Part shown: one piece after another, positions 18,350-27,890 of the stretch | Position numbering within the stretch: the first letter of the stretch is position 1 | How the letters are laid out: each line of letters opens with the position of its first letter | Assembly: GCA_027489095.1 (NCBI GenBank) | Contig: JAIYAL010000042.1 | Location: 8,153 to 72,152, forward strand | Reading direction: 5' to 3' | Source: Erythrobacteraceae bacterium | GTDB taxonomy: Bacteria > Pseudomonadota > Alphaproteobacteria > Sphingomonadales > Sphingomonadaceae | DNA: 64,000 nucleotides | The notes under the pieces: model-generated | What the model saw: only the letters and a program-made list of their open reading frames with translations | Databases searched by the model: none | Told to the model about the DNA's origin: nothing | Translations under genes and position numbers: made by a program

Positions 18350-19279
18350 ATGGCCGATTCCCATTCGCCCGCGTCTCAAACGGGAGACGCGGACAGTAGC
18401 AGCGGGCTCTGGCCTGCCTTGCGCAAGATCCTCGGACTTGAAGGCGCGCGTTCGTTGCGCGAGCAGCTCGAGGAAGCGATCGACGAGCACGAGGACGTGA
18501 ACGGCTCGGCCGGGTCGGACGGCAGCGGCCATGCCGGGGGCGACCTGTCGCGCGTCGAGCGGCAGATGCTGCGCAACCTCCTCCACTTCTCCGAACACGA
18601 TGCCGATGACGTCGCCGTGCCACGCGGCGAGATCATCGCGGTTGACGCCTCGATCAGCTGGGAGGCAATGGTCGCCGCCTTTTCAGAGCACGGCCATTCG
18701 CGCATGCCGGTCTATCGCGAGACGCTCGACCGGGTGATCGGGATGATCCACATCAAGGACGTCTTCCCCTTCCTCGCCAACGCCGCCCCGCCGCCCGCTG
18801 ACTGGACGACGCTGATGCGCCAACCGCTCTACGTGCCGCAGGCGCGCGGTGCGCTCGACGTGCTCGCCGACATGCGCACCAATCGCGTCCACCTTGCAAT
18901 CGTGCTCGACGAGTTTTCGGGCACCGATGGTCTCATCACCATCGAGGACCTGGTCGAGGAAATCGTCGGCGAGATCGAGGACGAGCATGACGAGACCCCG
19001 GAAGAACTGATCACTCCGATCGGGGAGGGAATGTGGGACTGCGACGCGCGCGCTGAGCTCGACGACATCGCCAAGCTGATCGATCCGCGCCTTGCCGAAG
19101 TCGAGGAGGCGGTCGACACGCTGGGCGGCCTTGCTTTCGTACTCGCCGAGGCGGTGCCTCCGGTCGGCACGGTGCTGGAACATCCGAGCGGCTGGCGGAT
19201 TGAGGTAACAGCGGGCGACGAGACCCACGTCACCCGGCTGCGGCTGCATCCCCCGCTCTCCGAGAATGACGTGCAGTAG
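18350..19279 (+). CDS. HlyC/CorC-family CBS-domain protein
   Basis: HSRMPVY, HLAIVLDEFSGTDGLITIEDLVEEIVGEIEDEHD, and a C-terminal CorC domain. Confidence 0.92.
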   Translation: MADSHSPASQTGDADSSSGLWPALRKILGLEGARSLREQLEEAIDEHEDVNGSAGSDGSGHAGGDLSRVERQMLRNLLHFSEHDADDVAVPRGEIIAVDASISWEAMVAAFSEHGHSRMPVYRETLDRVIGMIHIKDVFPFLANAAPPPADWTTLMRQPLYVPQARGALDVLADMRTNRVHLAIVLDEFSGTDGLITIEDLVEEIVGEIEDEHDETPEELITPIGEGMWDCDARAELDDIAKLIDPRLAEVEEAVDTLGGLAFVLAEAVPPVGTVLEHPSGWRIEVTAGDETHVTRLRLHPPLSENDVQ

Positions 19280-19372
19280 GCGCAACTTTTCGCCTTTCTT
19301 CGCATTTTTCCTTCGATTTTTTGCATCCTTTCGGCATCTGGAGCGTATCTGTCCTATCTTAGGAGAGAGTTC

Positions 19373-20257
19373 ATGCCTGCACGTCGTCTGCCCCCCCTGC
19401 GCGCGCTGGAAGCGTTCATGCGCACCGTGCGCCTCGGCTCCGCCCGGGCGGCGGCGGAGGAAATCGGGCTCAGCCCCTCGGCGCTGTCGCGGCGGATCAG
19501 CAATCTGGAAGAATTCGTCGGCAAGAAGCTGTTCACCCGCGCGCGCCAGTCAATGCAGCTCACCGACGAGGGCCAGGCCTTCTACGAGGCAGTGAACCCG
19601 CATATGGAGGCGCTGTCTCGAGCGGTGGAGAGCCAGTCGGACAATATCGCGCTGCTGCGCCTCAGGCTTGGCGTCTTGCCGATGTTCGGCAGCCAGCGCC
19701 TGTTCCCGCGACTGGGCGAGCTGCGCAAGCGCCACCCTCTGCTGCACATCGACATCGATACCGCGCCGCATCTTGAAGACCGGGTCGGCGACACGCTCGA
19801 TGCCGCGATCATCCTCTCGCGCGGGCCGGCGAGCGGGCTGCACGCGGTGAGGCTCGACCACAACCTCGTCCACGCGATCTGCTCCAAGGACACCGCACGC
19901 AACATCGGGCCGGACATCACGCCAGAGGTGATGACCAAGCAGACCTTCCTGATCCACAACGAACTGCCCGAAAGCTTCATGGCGTGGAAGAAGGCCAACG
20001 GGCTGGAGAGCATGGACCCGGCGGCGATCGATCACTATGATTCGGGCGCGCTGATGCTGGAGGCGGCAGCCCAAGGGCTCGGCATCGCGATCATGCACGA
20101 CGATCACCTGCGCCGCGCGAACGACAACCGCCTCATCAATTTGCCCGGAAAGCCGGTCGAGAGCCCCTATAGCTACTGGTTTGTCTGCAAGCCGGTCGCG
20201 CTGGAGAGCCGCCCGGTGCGGATCTTCCACGACTGGCTAGTGCGTGCGGGGCTTTAG
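19373..20257 (+). CDS. LysR-family transcriptional regulator (GcvA-like)
   Basis: LPPLRALEAF...AAEEIGLSPSALSRRISNLEEFVGKKLF. Confidence 0.93.
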   Translation: MPARRLPPLRALEAFMRTVRLGSARAAAEEIGLSPSALSRRISNLEEFVGKKLFTRARQSMQLTDEGQAFYEAVNPHMEALSRAVESQSDNIALLRLRLGVLPMFGSQRLFPRLGELRKRHPLLHIDIDTAPHLEDRVGDTLDAAIILSRGPASGLHAVRLDHNLVHAICSKDTARNIGPDITPEVMTKQTFLIHNELPESFMAWKKANGLESMDPAAIDHYDSGALMLEAAAQGLGIAIMHDDHLRRANDNRLINLPGKPVESPYSYWFVCKPVALESRPVRIFHDWLVRAGL

Positions 20258-21120
20258 CCCGCGCCTTGTTCCTCGCCCTTCGGCTCATATCGCACCGGGG
20301 GCACGGTGTGCGCGAAGGGGCGTAGTGGTTTGCCGATGATATCGGTCAAGGCATCTTCGATCCGGCGGCGCGCCTCGATGCTGATCGCCTTGCGGCCACG
20401 GAAATCTTCGGGACTGAAGGGTTCAAGGTAATGCAGCCTCACCTTGAAGGTGCCCTTGCGCGACAAGACCCGCTTGGCATTGTTGAGCCCGCCTTCGACG
20501 CCGATCCAGCCGATCCATTCTGCAACCGCGCCGTAGTCGACGATCACCGGCTGGACGAGCACGCCGGCCGGCGGGGGCTCCAGCACCGAAAGCATTGAGG
20601 TCTTGAAGGGCAGCAGCGACTGTCCGTCGGTGGTGGTCCCTTCCGGGAAGACTGTCACCGACCAGTTGTCGACGAGCGCCTCCTTCAGCGCATTGATCTG
20701 CTCGGCCACGCCCATGCGGTGCTCGCGCTTGACGAACACCGTGCGGTTGAGGCTCGCCAGCCAGCCGACCACCGGCGCTTCGGCGAGCTCCGCCTTGGCG
20801 ACGAAAGCCGTCCCGCTTGCGCCGGCCAGGGCAAGAATGTCGAGCCACGAAACGTGGTTGGCGACGAAGAACACGTCGCGCTTAAGGTGCGTGCCGATCA
20901 CCTCGACCCGCGCTCCGCAGACCCGCGCGGCATAGCGCAGGAACAGCATCGGGAAGGGCGAACCGTAAGAGATCACCCGGTAGAGGTAGTGGAGCGGCAC
21001 GAACACCAGGATCAGGCCTATCAGCCCGGCAGTGCGCATAGCGATCCGCTTCCGTCCCGCGAGCGAGACCGGCGTCGTCTCGCCCCGTGCGGCGGCCTGG
21101 CGCAGTTCCCAGTCAGTCAT
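20254..21120 (-). CDS. plsC: Lysophospholipid acyltransferase (PlsC family)
   Basis: NHVSWLD, FVAKAE and VFPEGTTTDG. Confidence 0.88.
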   Translation of the reverse strand: MTDWELRQAAARGETTPVSLAGRKRIAMRTAGLIGLILVFVPLHYLYRVISYGSPFPMLFLRYAARVCGARVEVIGTHLKRDVFFVANHVSWLDILALAGASGTAFVAKAELAEAPVVGWLASLNRTVFVKREHRMGVAEQINALKEALVDNWSVTVFPEGTTTDGQSLLPFKTSMLSVLEPPPAGVLVQPVIVDYGAVAEWIGWIGVEGGLNNAKRVLSRKGTFKVRLHYLEPFSPEDFRGRKAISIEARRRIEDALTDIIGKPLRPFAHTVPPVRYEPKGEEQGAG

Positions 21121-21547
21121 TACGCGACAGGCGCACGCCGTAGAGTTCCATCCGGTGATCGACGAGGCGGTAGCCCAGCCGCTCGGCGATCTGGCGCTGC
21201 AGCGCTTCGACTTCCGGGTCGACGAATTCGACAACCTTGCCGGTCTCGACATCGATCAGGTGATCGTGGTGCGCCTCGGGCACCGGCTCGTAGCGCGAGC
21301 GCCCGTCGCCGAAATCGTGGCGGTCGAGGATGCCCGCTTCCTCGAACAGGCGGACAGTCCGGTACACGGTGGCGATCGAGATGCGCGGGTCGACCGCGGC
21401 GGCGCGGCTGTGGAGCAGCTCCACATCGGGATGGTCGTCGCTCTCCGACAGGACCTTGGCGATCACCCGGCGCTGCTCGGTGATGCGCAGGCCCTTCTCG
21501 GCGCACAATTGTTCGAGATCGATTTTCTGGGTCAAGGAAGGCTCCAT
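21113..21547 (-). CDS. fur: Fur/Mur-family transcriptional regulator
   Basis: GLRITEQRRVI, ISIATVYRTVRLFEEAG and HHDHLID. Confidence 0.93.
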   Translation of the reverse strand: MEPSLTQKIDLEQLCAEKGLRITEQRRVIAKVLSESDDHPDVELLHSRAAAVDPRISIATVYRTVRLFEEAGILDRHDFGDGRSRYEPVPEAHHDHLIDVETGKVVEFVDPEVEALQRQIAERLGYRLVDHRMELYGVRLSRND

Positions 21548-21678
21548 CGCCAGGCACGGACGTTTCTCTGCAAGAATACGCCCGCCCAAAAGCATCAGCA
21601 GCCCCATCCCTACAGGGACGAGGCTGCTTGCTCAAGCTGGCTCGCCGTCGTTTGAACAGCGGCGAGAAAGTGGTGCGA

Positions 21679-22131
21679 TTAGGCGGTCTTCTTGGCGCGA
21701 CGCGGCTTGGGCGCGACGACGGTGCCGGGCTTGCGGCCGAGACCGATCTTCTTGGCGAGATCGCGGCGCTTTTCGGCATAGTTGGGCGCGACCATCGGAT
21801 AGTCGGCCGGCAGGCCCCAGCGCGCGCGGTAATCTTCGGGCGACATGCTGAAATTGGTGCGAAGATAGCGCTTGAGCATCTTCAGCTTCTTGCCGTCTTC
21901 AAGACACACGATGTAATCCGGCTTGACCGAATTGCGTATCGCCACGGCGGGCTGCGGCTTGGCTTCTTCGACGACCGCCACTTCGCCAAGGTTGGCGAGC
22001 GCGTTGTAGACGTTGGTGATGAGCGAAGGCAGGTCACCCACGGCGACATCATTGTTGCTGACGTGCGCAGCGACGATATCGCTGGTCAGCGTGATAAGCG
22101 TTTCTTTCACATCGATTTCCAGATCTTGCAT
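21679..22131 (-). CDS. mucR: Ros/MucR-family regulator
   Basis: LTSDIVAAHVSNN, CLEDGKKLKMLKRYL and WGLPADYPMVAPNYA. Confidence 0.93.
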   Translation of the reverse strand: MQDLEIDVKETLITLTSDIVAAHVSNNDVAVGDLPSLITNVYNALANLGEVAVVEEAKPQPAVAIRNSVKPDYIVCLEDGKKLKMLKRYLRTNFSMSPEDYRARWGLPADYPMVAPNYAEKRRDLAKKIGLGRKPGTVVAPKPRRAKKTA

Positions 22132-22244
22132 GAGTACCTCACAGGCGTCGTTCAACTTGCGCCCATCTGGGCCCCATGGCGGACTATTGCTATCTTGGCA
22201 ACAGGGTTGCTTTGCGTACTCGCAACTTTGCGATGAAGCGCAAT

Positions 22245-22736
22245 TTACGCAATTGAGCGCGCGAAAGTAATTGCGTCGAGGCGCTCGCCATTAGCCATCA
22301 AGTAATAGTTACGCCGCTCTCCGATCGGCTCGAAACCGAACTTGCGATAGAGGTGGATGGCGGGATTGCCGCGACGCATTTCGAGGAAGATGCGCGCCGT
22401 GCCGCGGGTGCTGGCGGCCACGAAGAGCTGCTCGATCAGCGCCGCGCCGACCCCGCGCCGCCGCGCCTCAGGAGCGACGGCGATCAGCAGCAGTTCCTCC
22501 TCGTCGAGAACGTGGCGGGTGAGGACGAAGCCGACAGGGGCGGCGGCAGAAACCGCGTCAGCTGCGATGACCTCGCCTTGCGCATCCACGACCAGCGCAT
22601 GGGTGTTGGCGAGCATCAGAGCCTCGCTCACCTGACGGCGGTTCCATGCCTCGCCAAAAGCCGGGTCGAAGGCGGCTTCCATCACCACCATGATCCTCTC
22701 GACGAGCGCGTTATCGAAGGAGGAGGGAGGGGTCAT
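22245..22736 (-). CDS. rimI: RimI-like GNAT N-acetyltransferase
   Basis: ELLLIAVAPEARRRGVG, FLEMRRGNPAIHLYRKFGF and GERRNYY; coupled to tsaB. Confidence 0.8.
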   Translation of the reverse strand: MTPPSSFDNALVERIMVVMEAAFDPAFGEAWNRRQVSEALMLANTHALVVDAQGEVIAADAVSAAAPVGFVLTRHVLDEEELLLIAVAPEARRRGVGAALIEQLFVAASTRGTARIFLEMRRGNPAIHLYRKFGFEPIGERRNYYLMANGERLDAITFARSIA

Positions 22737-23359
22737 GCCGGGGCGCGTTCTGCCATCGGAGTGGCATCGGGCCCGCGTCCGTAGATTGGCGCGAGCGTTG
22801 CGGTCAGCAGCGCGGGCGCAAGGAAGGGCACGGCGCGTGCATCGGGAAGGCTGTCGATCACCTGCCGTTCGCCGCCCAGCAATGCGGCGAATTCGCACGC
22901 CCGGTTGCCGACGATCAGCCGCTGCGCCCCCACTGCGGCGGCCATCGCGGGAGTAAGCGAGCGCAAGTCGCCGAGCGGGCTTGCGTTGGCAAAGTCCTGC
23001 ACGAACCATTCGCCGTGCCCGCCGTTCATGCATACGGTGAGCGGTTCGCCCGGATGCGCGTTCTGCGCCTCGGCGGCGACCAGCGCGAGGGTCGGGTAGC
23101 CCAGCACCTCGGCGCCCCAGGCAAAGCCGAGCGCGCGCGCGGTGGCCAGGCCGATCCGCACCCCGGTGAAGCTGCCCGGGCCAAGACTGACGCAAATGCG
23201 CTGCGCACGCCCCTTGCCGGGCAGCGCGCCGATCATCGGCACCAGCGCCTCGGCATGGCCGCGCCCGATCGTGCGGTGGTCATGCGCGATTCCCGCGCCG
23301 CCCTCGAACAGGGCGACCGAGCACGCTTCGGAGGCGGTTTCTATGGCGAGCATCCGCAT
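22733..23359 (-). CDS. tsaB: t6A biosynthesis protein TsaB
   Basis: LAIETASEACSVAL, GRGHAEAL and GPGSFTGVRIG. Confidence 0.95.
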   Translation of the reverse strand: MRMLAIETASEACSVALFEGGAGIAHDHRTIGRGHAEALVPMIGALPGKGRAQRICVSLGPGSFTGVRIGLATARALGFAWGAEVLGYPTLALVAAEAQNAHPGEPLTVCMNGGHGEWFVQDFANASPLGDLRSLTPAMAAAVGAQRLIVGNRACEFAALLGGERQVIDSLPDARAVPFLAPALLTATLAPIYGRGPDATPMAERAPA

Positions 23360-23413
23360 GGCCCCCCGCCGATGCCTCAGGGCGCGCGGGCGTGCAAGCG
23401 GGAGATGCGCGGA

Positions 23414-24022
23414 TCAAGCCAGACGATTGAACCGCTCGAATTCGGGGCGCGGGCTGCGATCAAAGATGCTCGCAGGATCGCCGTATCCAACCGAGCAGAT
23501 GAAATTGACCCGGTGGCGGGGTTCATCGGCGAAGAAAGCGGCGTTGACAGCGGCCGGATCAAAACCCGACATCGGCCCGCAATCGAGCCCCAGTGCGCGG
23601 GCTGCGAGCATGAGATATGCGCCCTGCAGCGCGGAATTGCGGAACGCCCCTTCCTCGCGCCCCGCCTCGTTGCCTTCGAACCAGCTCTTGGCGTCGGTGT
23701 GGGGAAACAGCCAGGGCAGTTCCTCGTGAAAGTCGATGTCATAGCCGATGACAGCGGTCACCGGCGCGGCGAGCACTTTGGCCTTGTTGCCCTCCATCAC
23801 GCAGTCGGCAAGCCTCGCCTTGGCCTCTGGTGACTTGACCCACACGATCCGCGCGGGCTGCATGTTGGCGGACGTCGGCGCCATCTTCACCAGGTCCCAG
23901 ATCGCGTGGAGCTGTTCGACGCTGATCGGCTTGTCCAGCCAGCCGTTGTAGCTGCGCGCCTCGGTGAACAGCTGAGCCAGCGCCTCGGCGCTCAGCTGCT
24001 GGTCATGGAACTGCATCGTCAT
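23414..24022 (-). CDS. Nitroreductase family, RutE-like malonic semialdehyde reductase
   Basis: LFTEARSYNGW, PTSANMQP, LQGAYLMLAARALGLDCGPMSGFD. Confidence 0.85.
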   Translation of the reverse strand: MTMQFHDQQLSAEALAQLFTEARSYNGWLDKPISVEQLHAIWDLVKMAPTSANMQPARIVWVKSPEAKARLADCVMEGNKAKVLAAPVTAVIGYDIDFHEELPWLFPHTDAKSWFEGNEAGREEGAFRNSALQGAYLMLAARALGLDCGPMSGFDPAAVNAAFFADEPRHRVNFICSVGYGDPASIFDRSPRPEFERFNRLA

Positions 24023-24600
24023 GCCGCGCGCACTTCGACCACTTCGGGGACGTAATGCTTCAGCAGGCCTTCGATCCCGTGCTTCAATGTCGCGGTGCTC
24101 GACGGGCAGCCCGAGCAAGAGCCTTGCAGGGTGAGGTAGACCACGCCGTCGCGGAAACCCCGATAGGCGATGTCGCCGCCGTCACCCGCCACCGCCGGGC
24201 GCACGCGGGTTTCGAGAAGTTCGTTGATCGCAGCAATAACCTCGGCGTCCTCGGGGCGTTCCTCGATCACCATCTCGTCTTCGGGCGGGGGAACCGCGAT
24301 GCCATTGCCGGTGCCGCCTGCGAACAGCGGTGCCTCGGACACGAAGTGATCGAGCAGGATCGCGATTACCTGCGGCTTCAATGCGCTCCAGTCGGCGCCC
24401 GGCGCGGCGGTGACTGAGACAAAGTCCGCGCCGAAGAACACGTTCACCACCTCGCCCGTATCGAAGATCGCCTGCGCGAGCGGGCTTGCTTCGGCGGCCT
24501 CGGGGGTGGCGAACTCGCGGCTGCCGCTCGCCATGACCGGCTGGCCGGGAAGGAACTTGAGCGCGGAGGGGTTGGGGGTGGTTTCGGTTTCTATGAACAT
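24019..24600 (-). CDS. NifU/NfuA-type Fe-S cluster carrier
   Basis: MFIETETTPNPSALKF, VRPAVAGDGGDI and GSCSGCPSS. Confidence 0.93.
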   Translation of the reverse strand: MFIETETTPNPSALKFLPGQPVMASGSREFATPEAAEASPLAQAIFDTGEVVNVFFGADFVSVTAAPGADWSALKPQVIAILLDHFVSEAPLFAGGTGNGIAVPPPEDEMVIEERPEDAEVIAAINELLETRVRPAVAGDGGDIAYRGFRDGVVYLTLQGSCSGCPSSTATLKHGIEGLLKHYVPEVVEVRAA

Positions 24601-24722
24601 GGAATTCAATCTAGGGCCCCTCAGGGCGGGCGACAAGGTGCCTTGGCATTAAGGTTGTATGGCGGGGCGACGGGCCCAAGCATTCACTATCGCTTCACAT
24701 TTTGCCGCCCTATATGCCGGGC

Positions 24723-27700
24723 ATGACGTTGTCTCCCCGCGCGGCCCGCGCCTTCACCCTCCTGCTTGCCCCCATCGTGGCCTTCCAGCCGCTGCTTGCA
24801 GAGCAGGTGCAGCCGAATGCCGCGCCGAAGCATGGTCCCGCACACCAGCAGACGGATGCTTCCGCAGCACCGGCAGTTCCCGCTCCGCGTTTCGTCCAGT
24901 CCGAAGGTGAGACGTGGCTCTACAAGGGCTCGGACATCCCGCCTGATACGCAGTGGCTGTTCGGCCAGATGCCCAATGGCCTGCGCTATGCCGTGCGCCG
25001 CAACGGGGTGCCGCCGCGCCAGGTCTCGATCCGGGTGCGGATCGACGCAGGCTCGCTCTACGAGACCGACAGCGAGCGGGGCTATGCGCACCTGCTGGAG
25101 CACCTGTTGTTCCGCGAGAGCAAATATCTGGGGCAGGCCGAGGCGATCTCCGCCTGGCAGCGCCTCGGCGCGACCTTCGGCAGCGACGCCAATGCCGAGA
25201 CGTCGCCGACCCACACCGCCTACAAGCTCGACATCCCCAACATCGACCAGGCGAAGCTTTCGGAGAGTTTCAAGCTGCTTTCCGGCATGATCCGCGAACC
25301 GGTGCTCAACGACGCCAATGTCGCAGCCGAGCGCCCGATCGTGCTCGCCGAGAAGCGCGAGCAGGGCGGAGCGGGCCTGCGCATGGCTGAACTCACGCGG
25401 CAGACCTTCTTCGCCGGCCAGCGCTTGTCGGTGCGCAACCCGATCGGCACCGACGCGACCCTCAAGGGCGCGACGGGCAAGGCGGTCAAGGCCTTCTACG
25501 AGCGCTACTACCGCCCCGAGAACGCCGTGATCGTGGTGGCGGGCGATGCCGATCCGCTGGTGCTGGCGGGGCTCGTCGAGCAGTGGTTCGGCGAGTGGAA
25601 GGGCAAGGGCAAGCCCGGCACAGCGCCCGCTTTCGGCGACCCGGTGGCGCCTGCCGGGGCCAAGGATCCGGCCGGGCCGGCAACGCCGATCGGCGAGCTT
25701 GCGGTCGGGGTCGAGGCCGATCTGCCGCGTAGCCTCACCTACGCGATCATGCGCCCCTGGCGTCAGGTGACGGACACCATCGTGTATAACGAGGGCCTGC
25801 TGACCGATGCCGTGGCGCAGGCGATCATAAACCGTCGGCTCGAGAGCCGAGCGCGGGGCGGCGGCAGCTTCCTTTATGCGCAGGTCCAGCAGGACGACGT
25901 CTCGCGCTCGACCGATGCGACGTTCGTGACCTTCGCCCCGCTCAGTGCCGACTGGCAGGCCGCGCTCGCCGATGTGCGCAGCGTAATCGCCGACGCGCTG
26001 GTCAACCCGCCGACCCAGGAGGAGATCGACCGCGAGGTCGCTCAGTTCGACGTGGTCTTCGCCAACGAGGTCGAGCAGGAGAGCGTCAAGTCGGGATCAA
26101 GCCTCGCCGACAATCTCGTCAACGCGGTCGATATCCGCGAGACTGTCGCTGCGCCCAAGGTGGTGCTCGGCGTGTTCCGCGACATGAAGCCGCGCCTCAC
26201 GCCCGAGGTGGTGTTCAAGCGCACGCAAGCCCTTTTCGAGGGCACCGTGACGCGCGGGGTTTATGTAACGCCGACCGCCGGTGAGGCCGATGAGACGGCG
26301 CTGCGCACGGCGCTCGCCAGCGAGGCCAAGGTCGACTCCACCGCGAGACTCGCCGCGCAGACCATTGCCTTTGCCGACCTGCCCCCGGTGGGCGCCCCCG
26401 GCACGATCACCACGCAAGCGCCGATCGGTGCGCTCGAGATCGAGCAGGTCGCCTTCGCCAACGGGGTCAAGGTGCTGCTCTGGGCCAATGACGCCGAGCC
26501 CGGCCGGGTCACCGTGCGGGTGCGCTTCGGCGCGGGCTGGCGGGCCTTCGACAAGGACAGCGCGGTCTATGCCGCGCTCGGCCAGCAGGCGCTGGTCGGC
26601 TCGGGGCTGGGCGAACTTGGCCAGAACGAGATCGACCGGCTGGCAACCGGCCGCAAGCTCGGCTTCGATTTCGACATCGACGATGCGGTCTTCACGCTCA
26701 CCGCGCAGACCCGCTCGGAGGACGTGAACGACCAGCTCTACCTGTTCGCCGCCAAGCTCGGGATGCCGCGCTGGGACAAGGAGCCGGTGATCCGCGCCAA
26801 GGCGGCGTCCGAGCTCGCCTACAACACCTTTGCCACAAGCCCCGGGGGCGTGCTCAACCGCGATCTGGAATTTCTCGTGACCGGCGGCGACCCGCGCTTT
26901 GCAACGCCCGATCCGGCGGCGCTCAAGGCAGCGAACCCCGAGGCCTTTCGGAAGGTATGGGAACCGCTCCTGAAGCAGGGGCCGATCGAGGTCTTGGTGT
27001 TCGGTGAGTTCGACCAGGCCAAGGTGGTTGAGCAGCTGCGCCTGACCTTCGGCGCGCTCGCCCCGCGCGAAGCCATCGCGCCCGAAGTCGCCGCGCGCGT
27101 CCCCGGTTTTGCCGCTGCATCGAACACGCCAACGGTCGTCACCCACCGCGGGGATGCCAACCAGGCCGCTGCCATGGTCGCCTGGGCGAGCGGGGGCGGG
27201 ACTGCGAACTTGCGCGAAAGCCGCCAGCTCGAGATCCTCACCCAGCTGTTCAGCAACCGCCTGCTAGACGCGCTGCGCGAACGGGCCGGGGCGAGCTATT
27301 CGCCGCAGGCCTTCTCAACCTGGCCGGCGGATCTCGCCAGCGGCGGGCGGATCGCAGCGCTTGCCCAGCTCGAACCCGCCTTCGTGCCGGTGTTCTTTGC
27401 CGAGGCCGACCGGATCGCCAAGGACCTCGTCGCCAATCCGCCGAGCGCGGATGAGCTCGCGCGGGTCACTGAGCCCTTGGGCCAGCTGATCCGCCGCGCC
27501 TCGACCGGCAATCAGTTCTGGCTCTACAACCTCGAGGGCGCGACCCAGGATCCGTTGCGCGTGGCGAGCTTGCGCACCCTGTTGCAGGACTATTCGCAGA
27601 CCACCCCTGCGGCCATGCAGGTTCTGGCTGATCGCTACCTTGCCAAGGGAAGCCCGTTCCGCCTCGCGATCATCCCCGAGGGCCAGACCCTTGCCGAGGC

Positions 27701-27755
27701 GCCGGCAGGTGGTGCGGGAACGAAAACTGCGCGGCCCGTCATCACGGGGCGCTGA
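24723..27755 (+). CDS. M16-family (PqqL-like) periplasmic zinc peptidase
   Basis: Signal peptide, inverted zincin HLLEH, GSDANAET, and two-lobed repeated domains. Confidence 0.9.
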   Translation: MTLSPRAARAFTLLLAPIVAFQPLLAEQVQPNAAPKHGPAHQQTDASAAPAVPAPRFVQSEGETWLYKGSDIPPDTQWLFGQMPNGLRYAVRRNGVPPRQVSIRVRIDAGSLYETDSERGYAHLLEHLLFRESKYLGQAEAISAWQRLGATFGSDANAETSPTHTAYKLDIPNIDQAKLSESFKLLSGMIREPVLNDANVAAERPIVLAEKREQGGAGLRMAELTRQTFFAGQRLSVRNPIGTDATLKGATGKAVKAFYERYYRPENAVIVVAGDADPLVLAGLVEQWFGEWKGKGKPGTAPAFGDPVAPAGAKDPAGPATPIGELAVGVEADLPRSLTYAIMRPWRQVTDTIVYNEGLLTDAVAQAIINRRLESRARGGGSFLYAQVQQDDVSRSTDATFVTFAPLSADWQAALADVRSVIADALVNPPTQEEIDREVAQFDVVFANEVEQESVKSGSSLADNLVNAVDIRETVAAPKVVLGVFRDMKPRLTPEVVFKRTQALFEGTVTRGVYVTPTAGEADETALRTALASEAKVDSTARLAAQTIAFADLPPVGAPGTITTQAPIGALEIEQVAFANGVKVLLWANDAEPGRVTVRVRFGAGWRAFDKDSAVYAALGQQALVGSGLGELGQNEIDRLATGRKLGFDFDIDDAVFTLTAQTRSEDVNDQLYLFAAKLGMPRWDKEPVIRAKAASELAYNTFATSPGGVLNRDLEFLVTGGDPRFATPDPAALKAANPEAFRKVWEPLLKQGPIEVLVFGEFDQAKVVEQLRLTFGALAPREAIAPEVAARVPGFAAASNTPTVVTHRGDANQAAAMVAWASGGGTANLRESRQLEILTQLFSNRLLDALRERAGASYSPQAFSTWPADLASGGRIAALAQLEPAFVPVFFAEADRIAKDLVANPPSADELARVTEPLGQLIRRASTGNQFWLYNLEGATQDPLRVASLRTLLQDYSQTTPAAMQVLADRYLAKGSPFRLAIIPEGQTLAEAPAGGAGTKTARPVITGR

Positions 27756-27890
27756 TCGGTGCTGAAACTGACTGCGTCCGAGTAATAAAGTTGTCCAAGG
27801 CGGCATTGCGCCTTTACAATTCGTGCCACACTCCTGTAGCGGCGGCCCCCGCGCGCAACGCCAGCGCCTTGACAAGAAAGAGTTCGTAAC

